A stretch of DNA of 64,000 nucleotides from an uncultured bacterium. Its GTDB lineage: Bacteria > Patescibacteriota > Minisyncoccia > UBA6257 > 2-01-FULL-56-20. A model generated the notes under the pieces. That model worked only from the letters and a program-made list of their open reading frames with translations, was not told the DNA's origin and made no database searches. The stretch is from NCBI GenBank assembly GCA_963707865.1, contig OY970175.1, forward strand, positions 396,305-460,304. Reading direction: 5' to 3'. Of the stretch, positions 19,288 through 29,600 are shown piece after piece; the stretch's first letter is position 1; each line of letters starts with the position of its first letter. A program made the translations under genes and the position numbers.

Positions 19288-21015
19288 TCACTTACTCGCG
19301 CCCTGAAGAGTTTTCAATTGCGCCTGGAGTGCTTGTAATTGTGCCTCCAACTGCTGCAGCGTGGCTGCGGCCGCGCTTGTGCTCGCGGTGTTTGTGGATT
19401 GTCCTCCGCCATACAATGCGTTCAGTGCAATCCTTGTTTTCGCGCCCACCATGCCCCATCCAGTCACCGCAGGACTTCCCGAACACACGATATTCTGATC
19501 GCACTGGAACTGCTGGACCGCTCTCTGCGTCAATGTCCCAAAGAAACCGCTCGCGTAGCCGGAATCAAGATACCCTTTCTGGATCAAAAACGTCTGTAAA
19601 TTTTTAACGTCGCCGCTCCGAAGGCCGAGGGACAATGTTGTTGTAAACGTTGCCGATACCGATGCCGTGGGTACCGATATCACAGGTACTGGTGTTGCAG
19701 ATACCGACGTCACTGAAGAGGAAACGACGGGTGCGGAAGATGCGGCCTGGGCCGCCACCGTGGGCGCGGTCACACTTGTGGTTACGCTCGTGGTTGCTGC
19801 AACCAACTGCGGCTTCACAGGCGACGTCTGAATGCCATACTGCAATGCTTGCGCGGAGACATTACCCGCCGCGTCGTAAGCGTCAACGGCATAGTTATAG
19901 TTTGTGAGAGAAGCAAGACCCGTATCCGCATACGAGGGAGAATTCGCAATCGCAATCTGCGCCCCGTTCCGATAGACGTGGTATCCCACAACGCCCACGT
20001 TATCGTACGAAAGTGACCAAGCAAGATCTATCTCTGACATAGACACTGGTTTCGCAGAGAGATTAAAGGGTGCGCTGGGCGCCGACGTATCCGGCGGAAG
20101 CGTGGTCCCCTGCACCGGATAGCTCTCGCCGGAAAAATTCCCTGCAGCATCGTAGGCGACCACATTGTAAAGATAACTCGTAGCGGCGGCGAGGTTCGTG
20201 TTTTTATATGTCGTTGGCGTGGAAGAAACGTTTGCAACCTGCGTCCCGTTCCGATACACGTAATAGCCCGCTACTCCCACGTTGTCGGAAGAAGCCTGCC
20301 ATGTGACGTCAATCTCACTTGATGATTTAGCGGTCACGAAAAGCGAGGACGGCACGGAGGGCGGAGTGATATCTGAAATTGTTGTCGCGTTCACCTGGCT
20401 GGAATAGGAAACATTCCCTGCCGCATCATACGCTGCAACCTTATAGGTGTAGGTGAATCCCGGCGAGAGGCCGGTGTCGGTATACGTAGTTGCGGTAAAC
20501 GGGTTTGCGATGCCGGGAATTCGGTTACCGTTGCGGTAGATATAATACCCTATGAGGGCGACATTATCAGTGGAAGTATTCCAAGAAAGCACTACCGATG
20601 AGGTGGCCGGCACAACCGAAATCCACGTGGGAGAGGAAGGAGGGGTGATGTCTTTCATGACCGAAACGGGGGAAGACGGAACAGAAAGCGAAGAGACGTT
20701 TCCTGCGGCATCGTATGCAGCGACAGTATACGAATATACCGCCCCGGGATTAACTGTGTCCGTGTAACTTGTGCTTTGGATATTTGCGACCAAGGTTCCG
20801 TTGCGATAGAGATAATATCCGGCGACGCCGACGTCATCGGTAGAAGCACTCCACGAAACGCTTATCTGGTCATATTTTGATAAAGAGACCGAAACTCCGG
20901 TAGGCGCGGAAGGCGGGGCCGTGCCTGCAGACTGGGCACGAGCAACGCCGGTCATGATAAAAAGACCCAAGAGAAAAGGGATTATTAGATACTTCCCTCT
21001 TTCCATTTTCATCAT
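19288..21015 (-). CDS. Secreted protein with four fibronectin type III repeats and a peptidoglycan-binding domain
   Basis: Repeated STDNVGVAGYYVYRNG...YDAAGN; LRSGDVKNLQTFL...FGTLTQRAVQQFQ. Confidence 0.88.
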   Translation of the reverse strand: MMKMERGKYLIIPFLLGLFIMTGVARAQSAGTAPPSAPTGVSVSLSKYDQISVSWSASTDDVGVAGYYLYRNGTLVANIQSTSYTDTVNPGAVYSYTVAAYDAAGNVSSLSVPSSPVSVMKDITPPSSPTWISVVPATSSVVLSWNTSTDNVALIGYYIYRNGNRIPGIANPFTATTYTDTGLSPGFTYTYKVAAYDAAGNVSYSSQVNATTISDITPPSVPSSLFVTAKSSSEIDVTWQASSDNVGVAGYYVYRNGTQVANVSSTPTTYKNTNLAAATSYLYNVVAYDAAGNFSGESYPVQGTTLPPDTSAPSAPFNLSAKPVSMSEIDLAWSLSYDNVGVVGYHVYRNGAQIAIANSPSYADTGLASLTNYNYAVDAYDAAGNVSAQALQYGIQTSPVKPQLVAATTSVTTSVTAPTVAAQAASSAPVVSSSVTSVSATPVPVISVPTASVSATFTTTLSLGLRSGDVKNLQTFLIQKGYLDSGYASGFFGTLTQRAVQQFQCDQNIVCSGSPAVTGWGMVGAKTRIALNALYGGGQSTNTASTSAAAATLQQLEAQLQALQAQLKTLQGASK

Positions 21016-21042
21016 TGCCTCTTATCATAACATACTAACGGG

Positions 21043-21113
21043 CGGGGGCAGTAGGAATCGAACCTACGTCGACGGTTTTGGAGACCGCCGTCCTACCACT
21101 GAACGATGCCCCC
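21043..21113 (-). tRNA. tRNA-Trp(CCA)
   Basis: Cloverleaf, loop CTCCAAA; follows rpmG. Confidence 0.95.
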
Positions 21114-21128
21114 TTACCGGTAATAATA

Positions 21129-21308
21129 CTATTTTCCGGTAATCCTCGCCTCCTTGTGCACCGTCTGTTTGCGGCACCACTTGCAAAATTTCTTAAACTC
21201 CAGCTTCCGCTCCACGGTCTTCTTGTTCTTGGTCGTGTAATAATTCCGCCGCTTACACACGGAACAACGGAGGGTGATCAATTTGTCGGCACGCTTCACT
21301 TTCGCCAT
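21129..21308 (-). CDS. rpmG: 50S ribosomal protein L33 (zinc type)
   Basis: [16 protein letters not shown]...KKFCKWC. Confidence 0.95.
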   Translation of the reverse strand: MAKVKRADKLITLRCSVCKRRNYYTTKNKKTVERKLEFKKFCKWCRKQTVHKEARITGK

Positions 21309-21383
21309 GGGAACTATTTTAGCCGATTCGCGGAAAATTGGCAAATCGCGCCGCACGCGCCGGCGCCGCTTTGAACCATTTTG

Positions 21384-21671
21384 AGCCGATGGTCGGATTT
21401 GAACCGACGACCTACTCCTTCATTGCTACCTCAACTTCGCAACGCTTATATGAGGATTAGACTGTATCTTGCGCATACCACTCTCGCGGCGCAGCGCCCC
21501 TTGCCAGTCGTTCGGGCGGGAAAAATAATTTTGCTCTCGCCACGGTCTTGGCCCTTGCTCCACGCATTGGCCTTTAACCGTAATTCGGGATTCGCAGGCA
21601 GGTTTCCCTACCCGTGGGCATGACCCCTTCGGTCCACCATGGAGTTGCTCTACCAGCTGAGCTACATCGGC
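21384..21671 (-). tRNA. tRNA-Thr(GGU), split by an intron (exons 21636-21671 and 21384-21420)
   Basis: Joined exons give a full cloverleaf with ACTCC-ATGGTAA-GGAGT anticodon arm and U73. Confidence 0.9.
21421..21635 (-). ncRNA. Group I intron (215 nt)
   Basis: Exon ends in U with P1 CAUGGU/GUCAUG; P7 GACUG/CAGUC with AAGAUACAGUC; terminal G. Confidence 0.85.
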
Positions 21672-22267
21672 ATTTTCTCTTTTGAAACCAAATCAACCAA
21701 GAGATCTCGCAGCTTTTTATTGTGATACATCACGGTCATAACGCCATATTGGCTCTTTTTCCTGTAAGTGCCTATGGAACCTGATTTTGTGATGATTGGT
21801 TTGTTGATTTGGTCTTTCTCTATATTAAGTTTTTTAACCCAAAAGTCCAGAGCTTCGCCTGGGTCGATATCATTAAATAGTTGCAAGCCGAATTTTAAAT
21901 CCTCCTTACGAATACCGAATATTTTCAGAAGGAATTTGATGAATATTTCAATGAGGGCTGGATCGGTATTGCCGAGTCGGACAGAAGAATGGCTTGCTTT
22001 TGTCCCCTCTCCCCAATAAAGACCAATACCCAGTCCGAACAACTTCGCCTCGTCCGGGGTCTTTGGTTCATTAAAATGGAACGGGTCGCCGTTAGGATTT
22101 TTCTTGACATAAGTTGCATCGCTGTGAGTCCGTCGAGGAATCTGATATTTTTCCATCCAATACGAGATTGTATGCAAAGAGCAACGCAAAATAGTAGCAA
22201 TATCTTGCATTGATTTTTTCTCTTCTTTATAAAGTTTGATCAAAATGAGCTTCTTAAGCACACCCAA
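21662..22267 (-). CDS. HTH plus LAGLIDADG-like endonuclease-family protein
   Basis: N-terminal HTH, GIGLYWGEGTK, NTDPALIEIFIKFL; stop codon lies inside the tRNA 5' end. Confidence 0.65.
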   Translation of the reverse strand: MGVLKKLILIKLYKEEKKSMQDIATILRCSLHTISYWMEKYQIPRRTHSDATYVKKNPNGDPFHFNEPKTPDEAKLFGLGIGLYWGEGTKASHSSVRLGNTDPALIEIFIKFLLKIFGIRKEDLKFGLQLFNDIDPGEALDFWVKKLNIEKDQINKPIITKSGSIGTYRKKSQYGVMTVMYHNKKLRDLLVDLVSKEKMPM

Positions 22268-22323
22268 ACTTTACCAAAGAAACATTAAAAAATTATTAAA
22301 CGCTGATGGGGTATAATAACGCT

Positions 22324-22734
22324 ATGGAACTCCAGGTCGGCGTGAAAGCGCTTCTCAAAAATAAGGACGGCAAATATCTCCTTGTGCGGCGTTCGCCCAA
22401 GAAGTATCCCGAAGTCGGTGCAAAGTGGGACATCGTCGGCGGAAGGATCAATCCCGGTGCGTCGCTTCTTGATAACCTAAAAAGGGAAATTAAAGAAGAA
22501 ACGGATCTGGATCTCGCGGAAACCCCGCGACTCATAGCAGCCCAGGACATTCTACGACCTCCCGAGAAGCATATCGTGAGGTTGACTTACCTCGGGACCA
22601 TTAACGGGCAACCAAAACTTGACGATGAAAACCTGGAGTATCGCTGGTTCACGATGAACGAAATAAAGGCGCTGGACGATTTGGATTCCTACGTCAAAAA
22701 ACTGGTCAACGACGGCGAGCTTCCACTTACTTGA
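22324..22734 (+). CDS. NUDIX hydrolase
   Basis: GGRINPGASLLDNLKREIKEET; TATAAT directly upstream. Confidence 0.85.
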   Translation: MELQVGVKALLKNKDGKYLLVRRSPKKYPEVGAKWDIVGGRINPGASLLDNLKREIKEETDLDLAETPRLIAAQDILRPPEKHIVRLTYLGTINGQPKLDDENLEYRWFTMNEIKALDDLDSYVKKLVNDGELPLT

Positions 22735-25579
22735 TTGTGATCGTTGCGAGCAGGAATGGAGTAGTGCCTAGCACTGGATCAATCGTAATCCATAACCCGT
22801 ACTTGTTTCCGATCTTTCCATTCTTGAAGGCGGACGTCAACTTGGTCGAGAGATTGTAGATGTATTGCTGACCCGTTGAATCAAAGCGGAACTGATTCAG
22901 AGTATTCGAGCCACCGCTAGATACTGCGGCGGCGGCGGTAATTCCACAGAATGTACCAGTGTCACCGGCACAAACATAAAGTTTTGCCGTCCAACCAGAA
23001 ATCGTTGAAGGGATTTTGACCGGAATAGTACTGCCGTTCTGGAAGTCCTTGTTTGAGATGGTGAGAGGAGGCTGTGCGGCAATAATCACGTCATTAACGG
23101 TCCCCGATTGGTTATTGTAGTTGCCAGTCGAACTTATAAACGTCCAAGGATCAACATACGCGCCACCCGCTGTGTGTGTAGTACCAGACAGGTTAAGGGT
23201 ATTCTGAGGGCTACCACCGACACCGATACACGAGCCGGTTGCGGTGTGAGACGTACCGTTATAAAGCACAGCGTAGCCGGTGACATGGCAGGTCGCATCG
23301 GCTTTCTTGATGTTGTCGTCAACCTTGCCGTTCGCGTCGTTATAGTTTCCTGTGACATCAGTGAATGTCCAGGCGTCGCCGGTATAGGTACCAGCATTGG
23401 TGTGAGTTGTACCGCTTAAATCAAGACCGGGTAATGCTTCACCCTTAACTCCATTTGCCGAACCATCTGCAGTGTGGGAATTGCCATCATAAGTCACATC
23501 GTAAGGAGTGACCACGATCGTCGCATCGGCTTTGCTGATATCAATGGCCACATTTCCACTGTCATCATTGTAGTTTCCGGTAACGTCTGTAAATGTCCAG
23601 TTGGCAGTCCCGCCGGGAACATCGGTGAAGGAGTCTCCGAGAACTAGGCCCGCGAGTGGTTCGCCTTTGGCGCCAGTGCAGGAGCCACTTGCTCCGTGAG
23701 CATCACCGTCATAAGTGCCGCTGTAGCCGGTGACGGTGCATGTTGCATCTGCTTTGGTGATTACAATAGATACATCGCCGCTAGCGTCGTTGTAGTTCGT
23801 TCCACCAGTAAAGGTCCAGTGAGCCGTGCCGCCAGGAACATCGGTGAAAGTAGATCCTAGATTAAGCGAACCGCTAAGGTCTTCGCCTTTTACCCCAGTT
23901 GCAGCATCAGAAGCACCGTGCGCATTGCCATCGTAGACGCCGGTGTAGCCAGTAATGTTGATCGTCGCATCGGCTTTGCTGATATCAATGGCTACACTTC
24001 CACTGTCATCATCGTAGTTTCCAGTAACGTCCGTGAATGTCCAATCCGCTGTCCCGCCGGGAACATTAGTGAAGGTTGCACCGAGGTCAAGGCCTTCGAG
24101 TGTTTCGTCTTTGGCGCCGATGCAGGAGCCTGTTGCACCATGCGGGTCACCATCATAGGTGCCGGTGTAGCCGGTGATTGTGCAGGTCGGGGCAGCCTTT
24201 GTTATGGTAATTGTTGTGCTATCACTGCTTCCATTTTGGTCGTTGTAGTTCGTCCCGCCAGAGAAAGTCCAGTGAGCAGTGCCACCGGGTACGTTCATAA
24301 AGCTGGAACCGAGGTCCACCGAAGCGCTGAGATCCGCGCCACCAACACCAAAACAGTTGCCGCTCGCGCCATGCGCATTGCCGTCATAAGCACCAGCGTA
24401 GCCAGTGATTGAAGAACAGTCTGCGGTAGCTTTGTTTATGGTGATAGAAACCGGGTCGCTCGTGGCTTGGTTGTAATTATCGTCAGCCGCTTTAGTTACG
24501 GTGATGGAACAAGTCCCCGTGCCGCTCGTGATGGTCACTGCGCCACTATTCGTGTCCACGCTGCATGCAGTGGACGCGCCCGCACTAAAGGTAACCGTAC
24601 CCGTCCCGCTGCCGCCCGACTTTCCCGCAGCGATACCTGCCTGCCCGTATGTAGCGCTTGCTGGTAGGTCGGTGGTCAATGTTGCTTGATCGGCTTTCTG
24701 TGCCGTTGTATTTTCTGTAACTTCAGGAGCGGGATTATAGCTTCCATTTCCCGCTTGGTTATAGTGAACCGTGCAAGTGCCCGTACCGCTCGTCATTGTG
24801 ATCGTGGCCGAACCGCTGCCGCTGCCGGAACAGACACCGCTCGTTGTAATAGCAACGGTCAAGCCAGAATCCGCAGTTGCCGCGACTGGAAATGTGGTGT
24901 TGTAAACCGCACTTGCCGGTGCGTGCGTAGTGACCGTGATTGTCTGATTCGCCTTCGCAATCAAATTAAACGTGGCTGTCTCAATGACAGTTTTGTTTCC
25001 CGTTAGGCCAGAAGGAGAGCAAGTTCCTGTCCCACTACAATCTCCGCCGCTCCAACCAACAAAACTTGAACCCCCATCCGCCGCAGCGGTTAAGGTTACA
25101 GAAGGGTTATTACTGTTGAATGTTTGAGTGCATGATCCAGACGTTGCCCCCGCTGCAACTATACAGTCGATGGTGGTGCCGGTGCCTGTTATGGCGCCAT
25201 TACCAGTGCCCGCTCCGTTCACTTGTAAGACAGGATGGTTTGCGTCGGTGAAGTTGCCACTCTGCGTCACGCCCGAGGTCTCGCCGGTCACAGTGTAGGG
25301 ATAGGAACCACCCGCTGTGTCATCGGTCGGGAGCGTGAACTGCCAGCTGAACGCTCCGCTCTCGTCAACAGTGGTTTCGCCCGTCACCGCGCCGTACGGC
25401 GCTTGGATGTTTATATCAACTGTTTCTCCCGCCACGTATCCGGCACCATCGCTATTGTTACCGGAAATAACGACCGTACTGCCGGGGCTGTAATCCGCCT
25501 GGTTTGTGGAAACGTATGCCAGAGCCGGCATCGTACCCGCGACCAACAAAACAAGGGAAACAATTAATGTTTTTTTCAT
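22727..25579 (-). CDS. Large secreted repeat surface protein (InlB-B-like, about six MBG-like repeats, C-terminal PxKF-like domain)
   Basis: Signal peptide; about 75-aa repeats KADAT..TGY.G.YDG.AHGA..VPGGTA.WTF..NYND; GSTIPVK...FRFDSTGQQYIYNL. Confidence 0.8.
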   Translation of the reverse strand: MKKTLIVSLVLLVAGTMPALAYVSTNQADYSPGSTVVISGNNSDGAGYVAGETVDINIQAPYGAVTGETTVDESGAFSWQFTLPTDDTAGGSYPYTVTGETSGVTQSGNFTDANHPVLQVNGAGTGNGAITGTGTTIDCIVAAGATSGSCTQTFNSNNPSVTLTAAADGGSSFVGWSGGDCSGTGTCSPSGLTGNKTVIETATFNLIAKANQTITVTTHAPASAVYNTTFPVAATADSGLTVAITTSGVCSGSGSGSATITMTSGTGTCTVHYNQAGNGSYNPAPEVTENTTAQKADQATLTTDLPASATYGQAGIAAGKSGGSGTGTVTFSAGASTACSVDTNSGAVTITSGTGTCSITVTKAADDNYNQATSDPVSITINKATADCSSITGYAGAYDGNAHGASGNCFGVGGADLSASVDLGSSFMNVPGGTAHWTFSGGTNYNDQNGSSDSTTITITKAAPTCTITGYTGTYDGDPHGATGSCIGAKDETLEGLDLGATFTNVPGGTADWTFTDVTGNYDDDSGSVAIDISKADATINITGYTGVYDGNAHGASDAATGVKGEDLSGSLNLGSTFTDVPGGTAHWTFTGGTNYNDASGDVSIVITKADATCTVTGYSGTYDGDAHGASGSCTGAKGEPLAGLVLGDSFTDVPGGTANWTFTDVTGNYNDDSGNVAIDISKADATIVVTPYDVTYDGNSHTADGSANGVKGEALPGLDLSGTTHTNAGTYTGDAWTFTDVTGNYNDANGKVDDNIKKADATCHVTGYAVLYNGTSHTATGSCIGVGGSPQNTLNLSGTTHTAGGAYVDPWTFISSTGNYNNQSGTVNDVIIAAQPPLTISNKDFQNGSTIPVKIPSTISGWTAKLYVCAGDTGTFCGITAAAAVSSGGSNTLNQFRFDSTGQQYIYNLSTKLTSAFKNGKIGNKYGLWITIDPVLGTTPFLLATITIK

Positions 25580-25669
25580 ACCACATGTATAGCATGCCCC
25601 CAGAACGGCGGCAAGCCCCTAAAGGGATGGCCTGTGCAGAAGTCGCAAAAACCAATCAAAATGTGGTGT

Positions 25670-26236
25670 TTAACGATTATTCAAACCGATGAGCCCTTCC
25701 ACCGCTCGCGCAACATTCTCATTCCAATCGTGGCCGGCATCTACTTCAACAAGTTTGATGCCATTGTTCCTTATAATCTCCGCCGATCTTTCATCGCAAA
25801 AGTAGTGATCGTCTTTGCCCCTGATGACGACCAAATCCTTTTGGGGAATTTTTTGAATGATATCAAAAACATCAACCTTCAGTAGCGCTAAAATCTGCCG
25901 AAGCCCGTACGGCCAATTATTTATGGGAACCAATTTCCTTAATGGTATGCCCTCTCCAAAAAAGAATTTGATCCACTCCCAAAATAAAACCAAAAGGCTT
26001 CTTTTTTTGATAAGAGGATTCACAAAAATAAACTTGCCGTTTCGAATCGCGTCATAGTGGGAAAGGATAAAATTCACTCCCCCGCTGTGCCCGACATAAT
26101 ATCGCGCGGCCGGAATTTCTTTTATAGAACAGGATTTCAGCCAAATATCCAAGCCGTCGTAATTTCCATAGTTCTTTACCATCTGGAACGCTCCGGGAAA
26201 GATAAGGACTCTGGGCGTGATTGATGGTTTTCCCAT
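25670..26236 (-). CDS. Alpha/beta hydrolase-like protein
   Basis: GHSGG nucleophile elbow, GKDD, AGHDW. Confidence 0.7.
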   Translation of the reverse strand: MGKPSITPRVLIFPGAFQMVKNYGNYDGLDIWLKSCSIKEIPAARYYVGHSGGVNFILSHYDAIRNGKFIFVNPLIKKRSLLVLFWEWIKFFFGEGIPLRKLVPINNWPYGLRQILALLKVDVFDIIQKIPQKDLVVIRGKDDHYFCDERSAEIIRNNGIKLVEVDAGHDWNENVARAVEGLIGLNNR

Positions 26237-26238
26237 AT

Positions 26239-26312
26239 TGGAGCCGGAGAGAGGAATCGAACCCCCGTCCTTGCTTTACAAAAGCATTGCTCTGCCATTG
26301 AGCTACTCCGGC
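26239..26312 (-). tRNA. tRNA-Thr(UGU)
   Basis: Cloverleaf, loop TTTGTAA, encoded CCA. Confidence 0.93.
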
Positions 26313-26392
26313 GGCTTTTTGATGCTTCCCTATATTATAGGACGATAACAGTTCTGTAAACATGGCAGTTAGGTATCCCGTTGGACTTTGTT

Positions 26393-26498
26393 TTGGAGAG
26401 CATCCCGGAGCCACGGCGGCTTGAAGCAACCTTTAGGTTGCTTGCCGTGGCGAGGGCGAGCGGCGTTTTCCCGCCGGAGAAAACGACCGCGTCTCCAT
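26393..26498. repeat. Structured repeat family B, copy 1
   Basis: Shares the GAGCATCCCGGAGCC...GGCGAGGGCGAGCGGCGTTT...AAACGACCGCGTCTCC core with 61868-62009. Confidence 0.8.
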
Positions 26499-26607
26499 AA
26501 AGGGAAATCTGGCGAAGCGATCACTATCTTTTTAATGAATGGTTTAGTATCATGTAATAGAAATTTAATGTTCTGCATCCTCGCTTGCGGGGGCAACATC
26601 AAGAACA

Positions 26608-29600
26608 ATGAGCAATAAATTCGTCCACCTTCATACACACTCTCACTATTCCCTCCTCGACGGTCTCTCAAAGATTGACGACCTTGTAAAGCGCACAAAA
26701 GAGCTCGGCATGGATGCCGTTGCGCTCACCGACCATGGCGTGCTCTACGGTGCCGTGGAATTTTATAAATCGGCAAAAAAGAGCGGCATAAAGCCGATCC
26801 TCGGCGTGGAAACCTACGTAGCGCCCCGCGATCGATTCTCAAAAGAGGCCACCGAAAAGTATTACCACCTTGTCCTGCTCGCCGAAAACCAAACAGGGTG
26901 GAAAAATTTGATCAAGCTCGTTTCCAAGGCTCATTTGGAAGGTTTTTACTATCGCCCGCGCGTGGACAAAGATCTCCTGCACACGCACCACGAAGGAATC
27001 ATCGCGCTCTCGGCCTGTCTCGGCGGCGAGATCGGGCAAGCGCTTTTCGCCGGGCGACTCGACGAAGCAAAGCGGATCGCGCAGGACTATGAGGCGATCT
27101 TCGGCAAGGGAAATTATTTCTTGGAAATCCAAAAACACCCGCACATTCCCGAGTCGGAAAAGATAGAAGAAGGACTCATTGCACTTTCAAGAGAAACGGA
27201 CATCCCGCTCGTCGCCACCCAAGACAGCCACTATCTCCGCCCGGAGGACAACGAATACCACGACGTGCTCCTTGCCGTGCAAACCGGCAATAAATTGGCG
27301 GATGACGACCGCATGACCATGAAAATGGACGACTTCTCCCTGCCCTCGCCGGAAGCGATGGCGGAAAAATTCGCTGCGATGCCGGGCGGTACCGAAGCGC
27401 TTGAACGCACCGCAGAGATCGCGTCGCGATGCAACGTGGAGCTTGAATTGGGGAAAGTGCTCCTCCCCAGCTTCCCGAAGCCGGATGGGAAAACGGCCAG
27501 CGGCTACCTTCGCGAATTGATTGAGGAACGCTTGCAAAAAAAATTCCCGTCTGAGGCGGACACGAAGGAAGTGCGCGATCGCCTGGAATACGAATTGGGC
27601 GTCATTGAAAAAACGGGTTTTGCGAATTATTTTTTGATCGTCCAAGACCTCATCACGTGGGCCAAGGCGCACGGCATCGCCGTGGGACCTGGCAGAGGCT
27701 CGGCCGCTGGCAGCTTGGTCTCTTATGTCTTGGACATCACCGACCTTAATCCCCTCACCTACGGATTGCTCTTTGAACGGTTCCTGAATCCCGAACGTAT
27801 CCAAATGCCGGACATTGACATTGACTTTGCGGACGCGCGGCGGGACGAAGTGCTTGCCTACGCGCGCGAGAAGTACGGCGAGGACCGCGTAGCACGCATC
27901 ATCACATTCGGAACGATGGCGGCACGCGCGGCGATCCGCGATGCCGGCCGCGCCATGGGTTACTCCTATGCCTTCTGCGACCAGATCGCGAAACTGATCC
28001 CTTTCAATCCTACGCAGGGCATGAAGGAAGGATGGCTTGATGAATGCCTGGCACGGGTACAGGAATTGAAGGCGCTCTACGATACCAATCCCGAAGCAAA
28101 AAAACTGATCGACACCGCGCGCCATCTTGAGGGCGTCGCACGGCACGCGTCGGTCCACGCCTGCGGCACCGTGATCGCGAAAGAACCGCTTATGGAACGG
28201 GTGCCGTTACAGTTCGCCCCGCAGGAAAAAAACATCATTATTACCCAGTTTGAGATGCATGCAATCGAGGATCTCGGTCTTTTGAAAATCGATCTTCTTG
28301 GATTGAAAAACCTCACCATCATTGAAGATGCGATCCGCCTCGTAAAAGAACTGCGCGGTGAAACAGTAAATATTTCTCAAATACCGCTTGACGACAAGAA
28401 AACCTTTGCGCTGCTTCAGAAGGCCGATACGACCGGCGTGTTTCAATTTGAATCAAGTGGTATGCGACGTTACATGAAAGAAATCGGCCCTACGGTGTTG
28501 GAAGATCTCATTGCGTTGGTAGCGCTCTTCCGTCCAGGACCCATGGAGCTTATTCCTTCCTTCATCAAACGGAAGCACGGAGAAGAAAAAATCGCCTACC
28601 TGCATCCCAAGCTTGAACCCATCCTCAAGAACACCTACGGCATCGGCGTCTATCAAGAGCAAATGATGCAGATCGCCCGCGACCTTGCAGGCTACACACT
28701 CCCCGAAGCCGACACGTTGCGCAAGGCGATCGGCAAAAAAATAAAGTCGCTCTTGGACGAACAGGGCGCAAAACTCGTAAAAGGGATGCTGAAGAACGGT
28801 ATCCCCGAGAAGACGGCGAAAGCGATCTGGGAACTCTTCCCGCCATTCGCACGCTATGGCTTCAACCGGAGCCATGCAGCGTGCTATGCGCTCATCGGCT
28901 ACCAAACGGCATATCTAAAGGCGCACTATCCGGAAGAATTTACGGCAGCGCTTTTGAATGCCGAGGTGAGCGATATTGAGCGCATTTCGTTCTTCATCCA
29001 GGAAGCAAAGCAATCGGGCATTGATATTTTGCCGCCTGACATCAATAAGAGTTTCATGAGCTTCACGCCGGAAGGGGAAAAGATCCGTTTCGGGCTTGAA
29101 GCGGTAAAGAACGTCGGCTCTGAAATCACGAGGGCAATCATTGAGGAACGCACGCGCCGCGGGCCGTTCAAAAATTTTGAAGACGTCCTTATGCGCATCC
29201 AACATAAAGACCTGAATAAAAAATCTCTGGAAAGCCTTGTGAAAGCGGGCGCGTTTGACTCCCTTGGCATTGAGCGCAACCAGGCGCTCGCGAACATGGA
29301 CGATATTTTGCGTTTCGCGAATGCCGCAAGGAAGATGGGCAATCAAAACAGCGGCGGCTCGCTCTTTGGCGATACTATAGGAACGGCGGCGCTCAAATTG
29401 AAACCGGCCCCGCCCGCAACGAACGCCGAGAGGCTTGCGTGGGAAAAAGAGCTCATCGGCTTTTATCTTTCCGAGCATCCGCTCACGGCGCACGCGGAAA
29501 AACTGAAGGCCGCGGGGGTAAAACCGATCGCCGAACTGATAGCCATCAAAAACGAACGGCTCATCGTACGCACCGCGGGCGTCATCACGAAACTACGCAA

